A stretch of 64,000 bases of DNA. Source: Octopus vulgaris. Taxonomy: Eukaryota. Under the pieces are notes generated by a model, which was not told the origin of the DNA, made no database searches, and saw only the letters and a program-made list of their open reading frames with translations. The DNA lies in contig OX597815.1 in assembly GCA_951406725.2 (NCBI GenBank), positions 174,406,001 through 174,470,000 on the forward strand. The letters are read 5' to 3'. This document shows positions 37,381-51,362 of this stretch, one piece after another (positions within the stretch are counted from its first letter, which is position 1; each line of letters opens with the position of its first letter). The translations under genes and the position numbers were made by a program.

Positions 37381-38021
37381 ATAGTTTATATGCAGGGTAA
37401 CTGTAAAGATTAAGGATCATAACTTTACATCTTTAGCATTCAGATTACTCTGTCAAATGTAATGCTTATTTGTTCACATTGTTTTGACTTAATCATGCAT
37501 TATTTCATAACTTCAAGATTTTAAAAATGTGATTATTTATTTTTATAATAACATTTTAAGGTAGGTGTGAAAGGTTGGATCTTGTCAGTTTTGATATAAA
37601 AGTAGTAGAATATTTGGGCCTTGACATGACCAGTTTAAGTGCTAGAGGAGTAAACTTTATATTCAAATCACATGTTTCTGTTTGGCTTTAGTCTTCTTCA
37701 TTGAAAACTATTTCCACTCTTACTGTGTATGAGAAGTGTAATTCTTGGCAACCACATGCACAGACAAAAAATACAACACTCCAGAAAATTATGTCAACAC
37801 TTCCACATTTACTCTCTCTTAAAGCATTTAGATAGATATATAAGTACAAAACACGCCACGTCATTACTGACATCACCTCAAAGCATAAAAGCTATGGTTT
37901 GATTGCCAGTCCATTATCATAAATGCCAAGGTAATGAAATAATCATTAACTAAGTCTACCTAGCCTACTTCTATTGCAATGATTACTTTCAATTCTTTAG
38001 GTTTGGTTAGACAGCAAGTAC

Positions 38022-38385
38022 TATCTATCTATCCGCTCAGTCGAAGTCGACTCTCGGTTACTCGATGGATCAGTGTCCTCCAGTCAGTTCTATCCTGGGC
38101 CACTTCTTTCAGATTGGCTATGTCCATTCCAGTATCACTCTTGATGGTGTCAAGCCAGCGGGTTCTTGGTCGGCCTCTTCCTCTCTTGCCACTGACCATT
38201 CCGAGAATGATGTCCTTCTCCAGGGATTTTCTCCGCATAATATGACCAAAATATGCCAATCTATGCTTGGTGATCCTAGCTTCTAGCGACATTTTCGGCC
38301 TGATCTGCTTAAGAACTTCTCCATTGGTGAGCCTCGCTGTCCATGGAATCCGTAAAAGTCTTCTCCAACACCAAAGCTCGAATGT
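38022..38385 (-). mobile_element. RTE/BovB-like LINE 3' fragment with (TAGA)n tail
   Basis: SLEARITKHRLAYFGHIMRRKSLEKDIILGMVSGKRGRGRPRTRWLDTIK. Confidence 0.85.
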
Positions 38386-40251
38386 ACAGCAAGTACAGCT
38401 ACTGGGAAATTGTACTTACCATCTAGCCAAAATTATTATACTGCACTTTACTTTATAACAGTGTTCAACTTGTATTACAGCATGCATACAAACACTATGA
38501 CAGTGTATAGAATCCCAGACAAAAACTATAAGTTGATATGAGTTGCACCTAACTTATCATTAATCTATATTCATATCATGGATATGCTCAGGTCAGGATG
38601 AGTATAGCTATTCAACAATGAAAACATCATTCCTAACATCATCATTATAATCATCATTGATATCAATATTCTTTTATCGTGATTACTCTATTTGGCACGG
38701 TTCACCTCAATGAAAAAGATAATTTGGCTCAGAGGATATCATGTTGCTTCTTTAGTCTGATGTCATTGGTTTTAAAAACCAATCTTAAATAAATTTATCT
38801 TCATTGTTAAATCTTTGTTTCTTAGTCATGTTCTGAATAGTTTCCCCTAGACTATTTGCTTTTTAGAAAATAATTCTGGGATACCATCTGTATCAAAAAA
38901 AAACAATAGGTAAATTAGTGTTATCATTTAATCATTACCATCATTTTACATATACTTAACTGCTAACATGGGTTGGATGGATTACTATAGTTAGTCAGTA
39001 GATATTTGAAGGGTACAGAGCTTTTCTACCAGCTTGTGGCTGGGACATTGCTCTAGCTACAGTTTAGATCTGTCATTTTCAGTAGGTAAACTTTTAATGC
39101 ATCATGTATTTAATGTTAGAAATAAATATACAATGAGAAAAACCAAAATATTAGTCTATGACTAATATATTTTTTTCTTTTTTCAAGTTCTACTTATTAT
39201 AGGAGACAGCTGAAAACATTTTGGTCTTATTCTGACCTCAACAAAGTGTAGATTTTGATTGCTCAAGCAGTAATGAATGAATGTTCAGATAAATGTTCAA
39301 GGTTGTACATTTATTGGCATAGCAAAATAGAATTATTTAGAAAATAATTCAAGAAGCCATCTACACAGTTAGCTATTTGCTTTTTAGTTTACTTCTATAG
39401 TTTAGAGATGAGGTGATTATTGAAACTTTTAAAATAGAAGCAAACTACCAGTGGATTTGATATAGTTCTACATATTATTGATTAAATTTTTTTATGTATA
39501 CAAGTTGACTTTATAATTAAACTTATAAAATAATTATAGGAATTTTATCATTTCAAATATTACTCTAAAAAGTTCTCTGTATAACGTTAAATTCACATTA
39601 ACCTTTTCATTATAATATTTCTAACAAGAATACACTACTTTTATTAATTTTTGTATAATAGCAAATTTGGGGTCTTTTAAGTTTTTTCTTTTTCTTTTTT
39701 TTTTCTTACTGTGTCTTTTAAAGACTACTAAACAAAAATGGTTCATACAGGAGACTATAATGCATCTTTTAGCTATAGAAATCTTGTTATTCTTCATATG
39801 GATAATAGAATTTAGACCATGACTCTATCTGAGATATACCTTGGTACATGCAGCTTGATGAAATGAGTCCCAGGTCAGTCTCAGTTGGGTTGGTATTGAA
39901 AGAGTTAAACAAACACTAACAGCCAAATTAATACCACTCAAAATTTATGATACAAACAGTCAGTCAACCAGTGATAACATGTGTTTCTGACCATTCACTT
40001 ATCAGACCTGCACATTTTTTTTAGGCACTTAAAATTGCTTTAGAGTAAGGCTTGAAATGTATTCTCAATAAAAAAATTAATTAATATGCTCTTTAGTGCA
40101 AAAAATAATTGCTCAGTATTTTGCAAATATATAAAATTACAAAACCTATGTTTACTTTGAATGTAAAGTAATAAAATAAAAGAAATTATTTTTCTCTTCC
40201 TCTCTCTCTTACTGTCTCACACACACACACTATTCACAGACCTCTTGTTTC

Positions 40252-40288
<37 letters not shown>

Positions 40289-40885
40289 AGAAATATGACT
40301 ATTAATTATAATGGACTTGAAAAATGATCTCAGTTCAAGGTAGCATTTCAGTCTCAAAATGGATGTCCTTGAAACTTGAACTTCTATATCCAGTTGCCTA
40401 TTGACTTCTATGTCTAAGAGCAGTGGCAAAGATGCAAGCTGCAGCAGTTGTAACCATGCAGCAACATCCCTCACTTTCCACTCCCTACATTTCCTGCCTC
40501 CCTATTCTGTTCTTCCATTTTGGGGAGAATCTAACTGTGATTACACAAGTCTCACTTTCCCATTCCTACCTGCACTGTTCACTGAACATTTCAAGTTGAT
40601 ATTCTTTCTAAAGACTAAAATCATGTTGACAATGGTTTGTTTTGAACCAAAACTTCCAGAAAATAATTTATTCTGGAAATATTTACATATCTGAACACTA
40701 ACATTGGCTGTATTTTCTTTCTTATAAATTAAATTTGAAAAATTAAACTGTGTTTAAATGTTTCTCATTTCCTTCTCTTCATTGATTAGAAGAAAATTAG
40801 AACTTTATTGAATTGTTAACTGTGTATCTTATTTACATATATATTTTTTAATTTACAGTTACCCTTTAGCATTCAGATTACTTTA

Positions 40886-41274
40886 TCTCTCTATATATAA
40901 AGCTGAAGTTGTCTGTGTATGGCAGGTTTGGTAGCCTTCAACTAACACTATCTCCTCTGAGACCCTGTGGCACAAGTTGACCAAAATTGAGAGTATGATA
41001 GAAGGCTTGCTCTTCCTTTCGTAGAAGAAAAAATTCAAATCGGACCATGTTAACACCAAAAATTACTTACATCAAAACAGTGCTTTTTTTCTATGAAAAT
41101 CCCTATTTTTTACGATTTTTTGACTGCTGTTTCGCCATTTTTCGGTGTATTTCAACCAGAAAAATGTTCACTTAAAGAGAATAACAAGCTACATAATGCA
41201 AAATTTTTACTTTTAAAAAATTCCAATTCTAAAGGGTCGAAACAAACCCGAGCAATGCCGGGTGATACTGCTAG
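40886..41274 (+). mobile_element. Non-autonomous Helitron nested in a piggyBac-like MITE
   Basis: 5' TC and 3' AAACCCGAGCAATGCCGGGTGATACTGCTAG, A|T insertion site; shares its 3' terminus with the 29924 element but has a different interior. Confidence 0.8.
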
Positions 41275-43430
41275 TAAAATATAATGCTTATTTATTCATA
41301 TTATTTTGAATTACTCAGGCATTCTTTTGTAACATTAAGATTTCAATGCTATGGTTGTACATTTTTTGAATGACATTGTAGGATGTGTGATGCCAGATAT
41401 AGCCAGTTTGACCATAAAACAATAGAATATTTGGGCTGGATACAGCCAGTTTAAATGCTATTACTGGTATGTTTAGTGATTGCATAGAGGTTGGCTCTTT
41501 GAAGCAAAGTTTTGCAAATGGTTAAAATAAGCTGCAAAACTGCTGAAATAGAATAATTCAGATGCCATCCCTATGAAACCAATGGTTAAGTAAGTGCTCA
41601 TATGTTAAATGCAGAAGACCCAATATTCAGACAAATATGGGAGTACGTCCTTCTAAATAAAACTTTCCCAATACTAAATAGGAAATATACATAGTAGGTA
41701 TCATACCTCCATACCCACAGTTTACACAGAGTAGAAATAGTTAGTGGGCTGTTATGTAGATAGATGTATGTGTGTGAGGGTATATATGTGTAGATGCACA
41801 TGTATATAAGCATATGGATATGTAAATAAGCAGATCAACATACACGGATAGGTACATAGTTGCAAAACACACACACACAGACATGCACACACATACATAA
41901 AAAATACACAAACACAGGCATGCATGCACATGACTATGTAGAATATATACATACAAATGCACACACATACATACATATGCATACACACACACATATACAT
42001 GCATACATACATACATACATAGGCACACACATGCGCACAAACAAACAAAAAGGAACGCAGTGTAAATAACGGACAGTCAAGACTATTGAAAAAGTTGCAA
42101 GATGCAACGAAAATTTTAGGAAAATAAAAATAAGGAATAAGTGGAAATTTTACCGGTGAGTGTGTTAAATTATAAGGCACAAAAAGAAAATGATTCTCCC
42201 CAGACACAATAAAAATGAAAAGCTAATTAGGAATAATTATGCAATGAGGGAAAAAAAGCAATAATTAGATATTCCAGATTGTAAATTGGTCGGTATAGAA
42301 AAATAACTACTTATTAAGAAAATATGATCGAAAGACTCTATCCACATGAAAAACAAGATCTTAAAGATGAAATAATAATGAAATAAACAAGACACAAGTG
42401 GGTTTGTTTACAAGGGAGGTAACTCAAAGTAGGAGTAGATTAATACACTTAGTTGGTATATCTTCTTACGATAATGGGTTAGGATTACAAAGACAGTCGT
42501 CAGGAAGATTTTTAGCATTAAAAAATCAGAAAGTATAATTATTTAGTGGATATCGATTTTTGCATTTTTATTAAAAATTCACCGACCACGAGTAACTCTG
42601 GATTTTCATCGAACAGTTTGTGGGGCCCATCATAGATATTCAGGGGTCGTGAGAACAGTTAACAGCAAAAATAAAATGGAAAACGTGTGTGTCAGTACAT
42701 AGTATGTGTGATTATTTAGTGGTTATTGGCGTGTGTCAGTCTCTAGCAGGTTTCGAAATGGCTAATCGAAGCGGCTGTTGTTTACATCTTAATTTTGTCA
42801 ATCAAAATAACCCATGGTACCAGAACATCCAGACATTATTCGCGTAGAACAGTGAGAGGTAAGTCTTAGTCTCATTTTTTGCAACCCTAAAGATTTTGCT
42901 CACGCATTCACAGCAAACAAGGCACAGGTTTAGACTTTAGATCGTGTAGGTGTATTTTTACCCACTCTGATTATACACACACACGCACACAGTTGTTCCA
43001 AACACTGATGCCATATCAGAGGCAAATGAACTCTCGTTTGCAGGTACTTACACAAAAAGTACAGTGTGGCGGCGGGCCGGATGAACTGACCTCGCAGGCT
43101 GTAGTTTGGTGACCCCCTACTTATAGACCATAAGTCTTACATCCAGGTTGAGAAGAGAACATAGCGGTAACTTAAAACCATCTGGATTAATACTCATTCT
43201 GAATACTCCAGAATAGGCTGTTGTTGCGTAACTCCTGATGAGGATAGTTTAGGTGCTATGTTTATCAGGTTATGACCATGTCAAGGCTCTTTCTCATTGA
43301 ATCAGGATGAACTAGTTTGATTTTGTTTATCAATTACGAGTAAAGGGACATTACTCTTACAATAGTTATTGGACTTGCTGACTGGCATATCTAACAAAAA
43401 ATTACGTGGAAACTTTTTAGTAGTGTAGAC

Positions 43431-43554
43431 CACCTGATGATGAGTCATGTATCATGCGGCCCACCTGATGATGAACCATGTGTCGTGTGATCGAAATGAT
43501 GATGAGCTATATCTCGTGCAGCTCACCTGATGATGAGCCATGTCTCGTGCGGCC
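43431..43554 (+). repeat. Four-copy ~31-bp tandem repeat
   Basis: Consensus CACCTGATGATGAGCCATGT(C/G)TCGTGCGGCC; copies are diverged. Confidence 0.85.
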
Positions 43555-44478
43555 TATGCTTGCATTAGAATTATTTTACACTGAAAACATCAGGCTTCTA
43601 GATGCAAGGGACTTTTTTCAAATTTAGCTTGCTTTTATTTCAAGCAGGTTATTATAAAAGAGAAATGGACAAAAATTATAAAATGAATCACCTTTTTTCT
43701 CAACCTTTACTGCTCTACATATTCAGAGTATCTGGATTTAAAATATCTCAAAATTAGTAATGGTTATTAAAATAAAACGAGATCTCATCAGGCACAAGAA
43801 AGTCATTAATTTGCAATGTATAAAGTAAATTTACAACTTTTGTCTTTCTTAATTTTTTTTTATCACCCATGTTAAGTTAGTTTAGTTGTGATAGCTCACT
43901 CATCCCTTAAGTGGGTGCTAGGTATAACAACTACTTAAAAGGGAGCACTACAAAAAAGTGGTTAAGAACCACAGCTTTAGTGTGTTAATGTCTAGAGCAG
44001 CAAGACATTTAAAATATGATGACTGGTGAAGGATATTCATCTGGTTGCACATTCCTGAACAGCTTTGATATTCTGTACAAGACACATGTTTAGAAAGATG
44101 CAAACTGTGGACATACCATAGCTATATATAACTTTTAAGTAGTAGCTGGTAAGCAATTAAAAAAATGTTTTACTGAGTGGTGTTAAGACACCTTCAACTC
44201 TTGACAATTTTAGAAATGTGGTTCATCCAACACAGATCTTTGTTAACAGCAATACCTAGGTCACATTCAGCAGTAGACTTCTTAAAGTTGGTGCTGTGGA
44301 AGGAACAGTAAATTCCATCCAGGTTCTTTCCTCCCAAAATGTAAAATGGTGCACTTGTCCACAGCCAGCAATCCATTGCATGAAAGATCTATAGCATATA
44401 GTATCCATTATTCTACAGTTTAATGTCATCTGCATATTGTAAAACAGTAACATGTATATATACATACATTAGTTTTTA

Positions 44479-45725
44479 TCAGGTTATTCCATAAGTTCTG
44501 TCCAATTTTACCTTTTTAAAAATTGAATGAAATTTAATAGTATTTTAGAATGTCTAATGGAATTAAAAAATATTTTTATGCATTTGTGTACATTTAAACT
44601 AATTAAATGTTATTTTACAGAATAATAGAATTAAAATTTCTTTGATTTAAACCCTTTGTAACATGGAAGTATCCAAAGATCATTTGAGGCACATAATGCT
44701 TTGAGTACAAAAAAGGAAACTCAGCAGCTGAAGTGACTCAAAACATACACTCAGTTTATGAGAAAGAATGTTTGAATGAAAGAACTTGTAGAAGATAGTT
44801 TGCAAAATTCAGAAGTGGAGATTTCAGCCTTGAAGATGAAGATCGAACAGGACATCCAGTTGAGTTTGGAAGAAAATCCTGCATCATCAGTTGAAGAATT
44901 GGCAATAAAGCATAGTTCAAATCATACAATTGTTCATCATCATCTCAACAACCTGGAAAGGTTCCTAAACTTGAAAAATGGGTGCCTCATGAATTTTCCA
45001 AAAGCAATCGTAAATCCCGAGTTGACATCTGCTGTTCTCTCCATTCTCACAAACTCATTTCACCCTTTTTGGATAGACTTATGACTGGTGATGAAAAATG
45101 AATCTTCTATCGAAATGTTAAATGTCGTAAACAGTAGCTTGATAAAAGAGAAAAAGCTCAACCACAACTGAGAAGAGAACTTCATGGGGGAAAAAGGTTC
45201 TTGGTGGGATTGCAAAGGAGAAATTCACTTTGAATTGTTACCACCTAATGCAACAATCAATGCTCAAGTCTACTGTCATCAATTAGTGTTTGAACCAAGC
45301 TTTGAAGAAAAAAAAGACCCGCTTTAGTGAATCATAAAGGAGTCTTCCATCAGGACTATGCGCGACCCCACACTGCAAAGATCACATCACAGAAGATCAA
45401 AGAGCTTGGTTGGGAAAAAATTCCTCATCCACCTTATTCTCCTGACCTTGCTCCTTCAGACTACTATTTGTTTTGTAGTTTACAGAATCATTTGGGGGAC
45501 ATAACTTTTGCAAGCCAGGAGGAGGTCGAAACTGTCATTTCAGAGTTCTTTGTTTTGAAACCAAAAGAGTTTTACATTGATGGGATTAAAAAGCTTGTAA
45601 ATAGATGGAAGGAAGTCATAGATAATCAGGGAAAGTACATTGATGATTAAATTCCAATTAAATATAACATTTGATCACTTGTTTTCTTTATTCAAAATTT
45701 GGACAGAACTTATGGGATGACCTGA
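44479..45725 (+). mobile_element. mariner transposon, decayed
   Basis: About 27-bp TIRs (TCAGGT(T/C)AT(T/C)CCATAAGTTCTGTCCAA) with TA on both sides; transposase pieces MTGDEK, HQDYARPH, YSPDLAPSDY. Confidence 0.92.
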
Positions 45726-46852
45726 TATACTTGTGTCTGTCCTCCAACCACTTGACATCTGGCGTTGAATTGTATATGTTCCCATAACTTAATAGTTCAG
45801 CAAAAGAAACCAACAGAATAAGTATCAGACTAAAAAAATAAGAACTGGGGTTGATTTGTTTGATTAAACCCCTTCAAAATAGTGCCCCATCATGACTGCA
45901 ATCCAAGTAAACAGATAATAAAAAAAAAAAAATCTATTATCCCACCCAGCCATATTCAATAGCAAAACATTATTTTCACAAATGTGATGTACCGACCCAA
46001 AGACACTTGTAAATTTAACGAAGTGCTACAAACTCATTTTGCATAAAATATAGTGGTAACTCAAAAGGTATCTATTTCAGAAACTACTACTAAAAGACTG
46101 AAGTAGATGACTCCTTAAAATTACTGGTGCTATTTGAACCAGAGACAATACTCTATGCAACTGCTTGAGCAAGCAGCTAAATTCATCACTGTATCATCTC
46201 AAGAAAGAAGGGCAAATTGGTCAATGAAGCATCTTAGATATACAAAAACAGATGGAATGGTCATAGCTGTAATATGTTTGTAGGTTTACTTGACTGAGAC
46301 TATTGGCTGATGAGTGAAAGGTTAAATTGACTTTGTTGAGATGTCAATCAGAACCATAAACTCACAACATAGACTCACAATCAGTTTACTAATACAAACA
46401 GGCTGAGAGCATAACTTTTTGTGAACCAAACCTGGGTTTGTAAACTTATAGATAAACAGATTTTCATAAAACTGCCCATTTAGATCTAATCACTAACTAC
46501 TATTGCAGAAGAATCACATTAAAGCAGGAGCTGAAAGTTAAGTTTAGATTCATTATATATTACAGTTAACAATAGACAAAATGAATTAAAAACAAAAATT
46601 GTGAAAGATATTTCATTTTTCTTTTAATTTTCTTGAAACAAGTCAAATGTAAGTCCAATAATGTCTTACTTTTTCTAAATTGCCCATATAGCTGATATAA
46701 CTGAAAATTTACACTCCTATCAAACTGATGGGATAACAAAAATTACAGCATTCAGAATCACTTTTAGTGAAGACTTAAAACTACCAGAAATGAATGAAGT
46801 ATGAAAAACAAATAATGGTCAAGAACTGGAAAAAAAAAAGAACATTCTTTCC

Positions 46853-46858
46853 TTTATT
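46853..46858 (-). terminator. Candidate polyadenylation signal of V-ATPase G
   Basis: AATAAA on the - strand about 260 nt after the stop codon; short motif in AT-rich DNA. Confidence 0.35.
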
Positions 46859-47118
46859 TCTGGCAGAGCAGTCTGCGTCAGACAAATTCTAACAGATGCA
46901 ACTTTGCTGGTTAATTGAACTGTGCATACTTCATCTTTTGCAAGAATGGGTAGCATATGGAAATGTTGAAAATGTTCATGATGATTCTTCTGTGCCCTAG
47001 CCAATTTAAGTGTCTGGGCTTTTGATTTCAGCCTATCACCAATTTTATAACATATATGGTAACTAAGATAATATCCAGTATAATTTATATAATAAATCGC
47101 ATGACAATAGACCAAATT

Positions 47119-47289
47119 TTACAAGGATTTAAAATTTTCATGTAACTCTGGTTTAATATCATACACCATATCTAGAAGTTTCTTCAAAGCATATTCTCTA
47201 TTCTTCTTCACCATGTTGTTAAGATCTACTATTTTCCGTTGAGTGCTATCTTGAATACTTTGTTCCATATCACCTCGTGAACCAAGAAC
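47119..47289 (-). CDS. ATP6V1G1: V-ATPase subunit G coding exon 3
   Basis: Acceptor ttatttcag|GTT; ends with the conserved VYDIKPELHENF followed by KSL and TAA. Confidence 0.95.
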   Translation of the reverse strand, partial: VLGSRGDMEQSIQDSTQRKIVDLNNMVKKNREYALKKLLDMVYDIKPELHENFKSL

Positions 47290-50200
47290 CTGAAATAAGG
47301 AAAAAATAGTTATATTTATAAAAGCATTTATTCTAAAAGTTCTGTAGTAAAGAAATTATGAGTAAATAAAAGAATGTGTATGTCTTAATTTCAAAAGTAA
47401 TTTTCTTTTTTCATCAAGAAATCTGATATTGTAAAAATTCATTAGATATATTAAATACCATTTTTTTTTTCTATCTACTTTAAACTTTTATAGGTGTATT
47501 TTGTCTTCAAGTGTTATATTTTTACATATAAATAAGAAATCTATATTTTAAGCACAAAACATTAATGCTCTCATCTGTTATGCCACAGCCTTGGGATCAT
47601 GTGTCAGAAATTTATAAGTTCAATTCAGTTCATTAATATTGATCATCAAATTTACATATATGAAATTCACACCCTTATGTTTGTAAAATATCCATATTAC
47701 AATTTTGATTATAAGAGGTAAAAATATAAATTCTATCAGGAGAAATTTGCTTCTTGTTTTCATTAAACAGTTTTCCATTTCCTATGTTCTATTTACAAGT
47801 ACTTTCAATCTTTCTTTGTCTTGCTAAACTTGTATCATATATAAACCCATTAGTTTAGTCACAGATTTATGTTAAGCTATGTAATTTATTTTGGTGGGGA
47901 GGGTTTAATGTAACGTGTGGGTGGAGAGCCCATAAATCACAGAGTTGTAAGAACTCAGTTTTGCTGAGGTAGGCAGGTTTTATCAAGAACCTCAAATCAC
48001 CAGACATTTCAGTTCATTGTCATCTCCTCTGTGAGGCTCAACATCTTGAGATCAGTCCTCACTACTTCATTCCATGTCTTCCTGGGTCTCCTTCTACAGG
48101 TTCTATCCACTTCAAGCAACAAATCTCAAACTATTTGAAAAGTCCCCTGAATGACAATTTATTATGAATACAGTTATCAAACCAAAGCATGCATACAAAC
48201 ATATACATCACTAACCTTGTTCTCATATTCTTTGTATTTCGAGTCAGACTCTGCACGGAAACTTTCGATTTCTGCTTGTGCTTCTTCTTTTGCTTGTTTA
48301 AGACGCCTTGCTTTTCCTTTAAATGCAAACAAACAAGAGGTGATAATTCATTTGAAACAGTTAATACCAATGCAAATATAGTGCAGATAGGTGCAAGAGT
48401 GGTTGTGTGGTAAGTAGCTTGCTTACCAACCACTTGGTTCCAGGTTCAGTCCCACTGTGTGGCACCTTCAGCAAATGTCTTCTACTATAGCCTCAGGCCG
48501 ACCAAAGCCTTGTGAGTGGATTTGGTAGACGGAAACTGAAAGAAGCCGTTTGCATATATGTGTGTGTGTGTATGGGTTTGTCTCTCCAACATCGCTTGAC
48601 AACCAATGCTGGTATGTTTACGTCTCCATAACTTAGCAGTTCGGCAAAAGAGACCGATAGAATAAGTACTAGGCTTACAAAGAATAAGTCTTGGGGATGA
48701 TTTGCTCGACTAAAGGCGGTGGCCTAGCATGGCCACAGTCAAATGATTGAAATGAGTAAAAGAATAGCTATTTGGAAAATCCAAAGTAAGATAAAGAAAT
48801 ATTTTATCTAGATGTGTCTGTGAGAATTGAGTACCTGAATATTTTATAGCTATCCTTTATTCAAAAATCATCTGCAATTAAAACAAAAATCTTACTCTCT
48901 TAAAGGACTTGACACACTGAATATTATAGTTCTGGGTATATAAAAATATGGAAAGGTCAAAGTTGGAATGCCTTTGAACACATTTCAGCTCTATCAAATT
49001 TTATAAGGAAGGTCTTTATTTCTCTTCATCAAAAAAACAAAAGTAGCCAAAGATTGAAGACATTTGTAAAAACTAGTCTCTGTATTTTACATTCACTTTA
49101 CCACATAAAGGTAGGAATATGCTTTGTAAGTTTGTTAGTATTTCAAATTTAAGCCAATACTAGTTGCTTAACCTATAATTTGAGCCCATCTACTCAGTAT
49201 TCCCTTAACATGAAAGCAAACTGTTTTTACTAAAAGAGTGAAGGAATGTCAACTGCATTTTAAAGATCCTATCAGTCTGCTGAACTTGATACAGTTGGTG
49301 TTCTGCTAAAACTTTCATAAATTGATGGGTTAGAGTATAGATATGAGTAAAATAATTGAGATAATAAGATGAGGGGTAGATGCATTAAACAGATTAAAGC
49401 ATGCTTAGTATAGTTTGCAAGTTCAAAGTAGCAAAGACAGAAGGAGGATACAACATATGTAAGTGGATTGAAGGGTAATGCTATCAGTTGAATGAATTTT
49501 CTTTCTTTTCCATCCCAGATGCAGAAAGTACACTTCTACTTTAAAAGGTCTGCCAGTATTTAGAGTTGAAATATTTCCATCCCAGAAGAGAAAAACCTAT
49601 CCTGAGGGTGCAATCTTTGCCATATTATAGATGTATGACCACATGATAAGTCATCACAGAAATGGAAACATAGCACTTATAGAGTATGTGAAGGTTTTAG
49701 CTGCTTCTTTTGTACCCATTAGGAGAATGTTGTAGGTGTATCTGCTTGGTAAGAGTAATGACCATGGTGATGCTGTTGAATCTTCTATCAAGGTTGCTTC
49801 CAAAGTCTCTGTTCATTGAAATAGTACATGTTTGGTCAAGAGGTGTCCATAGTGTATTTTTAGTATCATCTGTGTGGCTAATGGTAACAGGAAGAGTAAA
49901 GAAGAAAATCTGTGGCATCTATAACAAAGCCTTGAGTTAGACTGAACTGATAGAATGAGAGTCAAATAAAGACCCATTGACAGATTTATGGATTAATTAG
50001 ATAATACTTTTCCTTTCAGATGAGTAGATTATGGAATCCATATAAAAAATAGCTTTCCTTTAATTATGTTAGATAGATATGAAGACTTGATGTTAAGAGC
50101 AACAACTTTATTTTTACTGAGATCCTCTAAGCTTGTTAAGTTTCACAAGCAGGGACTTTGAGAGGGTAGGTTGGGGAGAAAATAGGTTTACCACTCAAGA

Positions 50201-51313
50201 ACAGTTATAGCACATAACCATCAACCCAATTTCACTTCAGTCAACTTGAAGCTATAGCAGAAGACACTTGCTTAAGATGCTGCACAGTGAGAGTGAACCC
50301 AGAATTATGTGATTACAAAACAAGCTCCTTTATCATATCTCCATGTCTGTGCCTATTGTCAAAACGAATATACAAGGTGACAGTACTGTTCTAATTTTAT
50401 AATCAGTGAGCACATTATTTAATAATGATATCAAATTAATAATATTCATTTCAACTAGAAATGCCAAAGAATCTATAGATTTACTACTATATTTAGAATC
50501 GGAGTAATGTCAACACCACGTCTGTTGTCAGAGTTCTAAAGAATTCAAATTATAATGTGCTGATTGTATAACCTTTGTAAACTATAAAAAAAACAAATAG
50601 TACAAACCCAGCATGCAGAGCTGGTCAAAAAGGAGAAAGAATATACATTGTTAATATCCAAAGGAAAGCTCATTTATAAAGCAGACATTCAAGAAAAACT
50701 GTTAAGAATGATCATGATACCAATTTAGAATAGGCTTTGTGCAACTAGTACCAAATGGTGAAAATAGGGCTAAGTATTTGTAAATAAATTCAGTAAAGTA
50801 GGCCATGCAACACCAGCTGTTGCATCTATTCTTGCTTTTATATGAATTTTATAGCCTTAATGCTTTATGAAACAAGAAAAGGTGAAGATTGTTATATCAC
50901 TCATTTCTTTGCTGTACTAATTGTTGTCAAATAGAATGAGATTTTAATACCATTAATTAAACAAAGATATTTAGATATTGCAAATAAAGATTTCTATTAT
51001 TCATTTATATAAATATGAATGGTTTATGCATATGTTTGCCCTGTATTCAGAAACTACAAAACTAACATTCACAAAAGCATGTATACTATTAATTGCCATC
51101 TCACAGGGAAGATTTGTTTAATGATTTGAGAAATAAAAGCGACATCTCCCTCAAACCACACACAACTGCCTATCAGGGAATGACATAGTTGAAATGGAGT
51201 TGTATTAGAGAAAAGTAGAAATGCATACAGTTGGAAAAAAATGATAGTGTGAACTACTAATGAGAGATTCTAAAATGTGTTTGCGCAAAATTAAACTGTA
51301 TATCTTTCTTCTT

Positions 51314-51362
<49 letters not shown>

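Noticed and set aside
43431-43554. Possible CRISPR-like array or C/D-box snoRNA cluster
   Set aside because: The units are contiguous with no unique spacers, the context is eukaryotic with no cas genes, and C-to-D spacing is too short for snoRNAs
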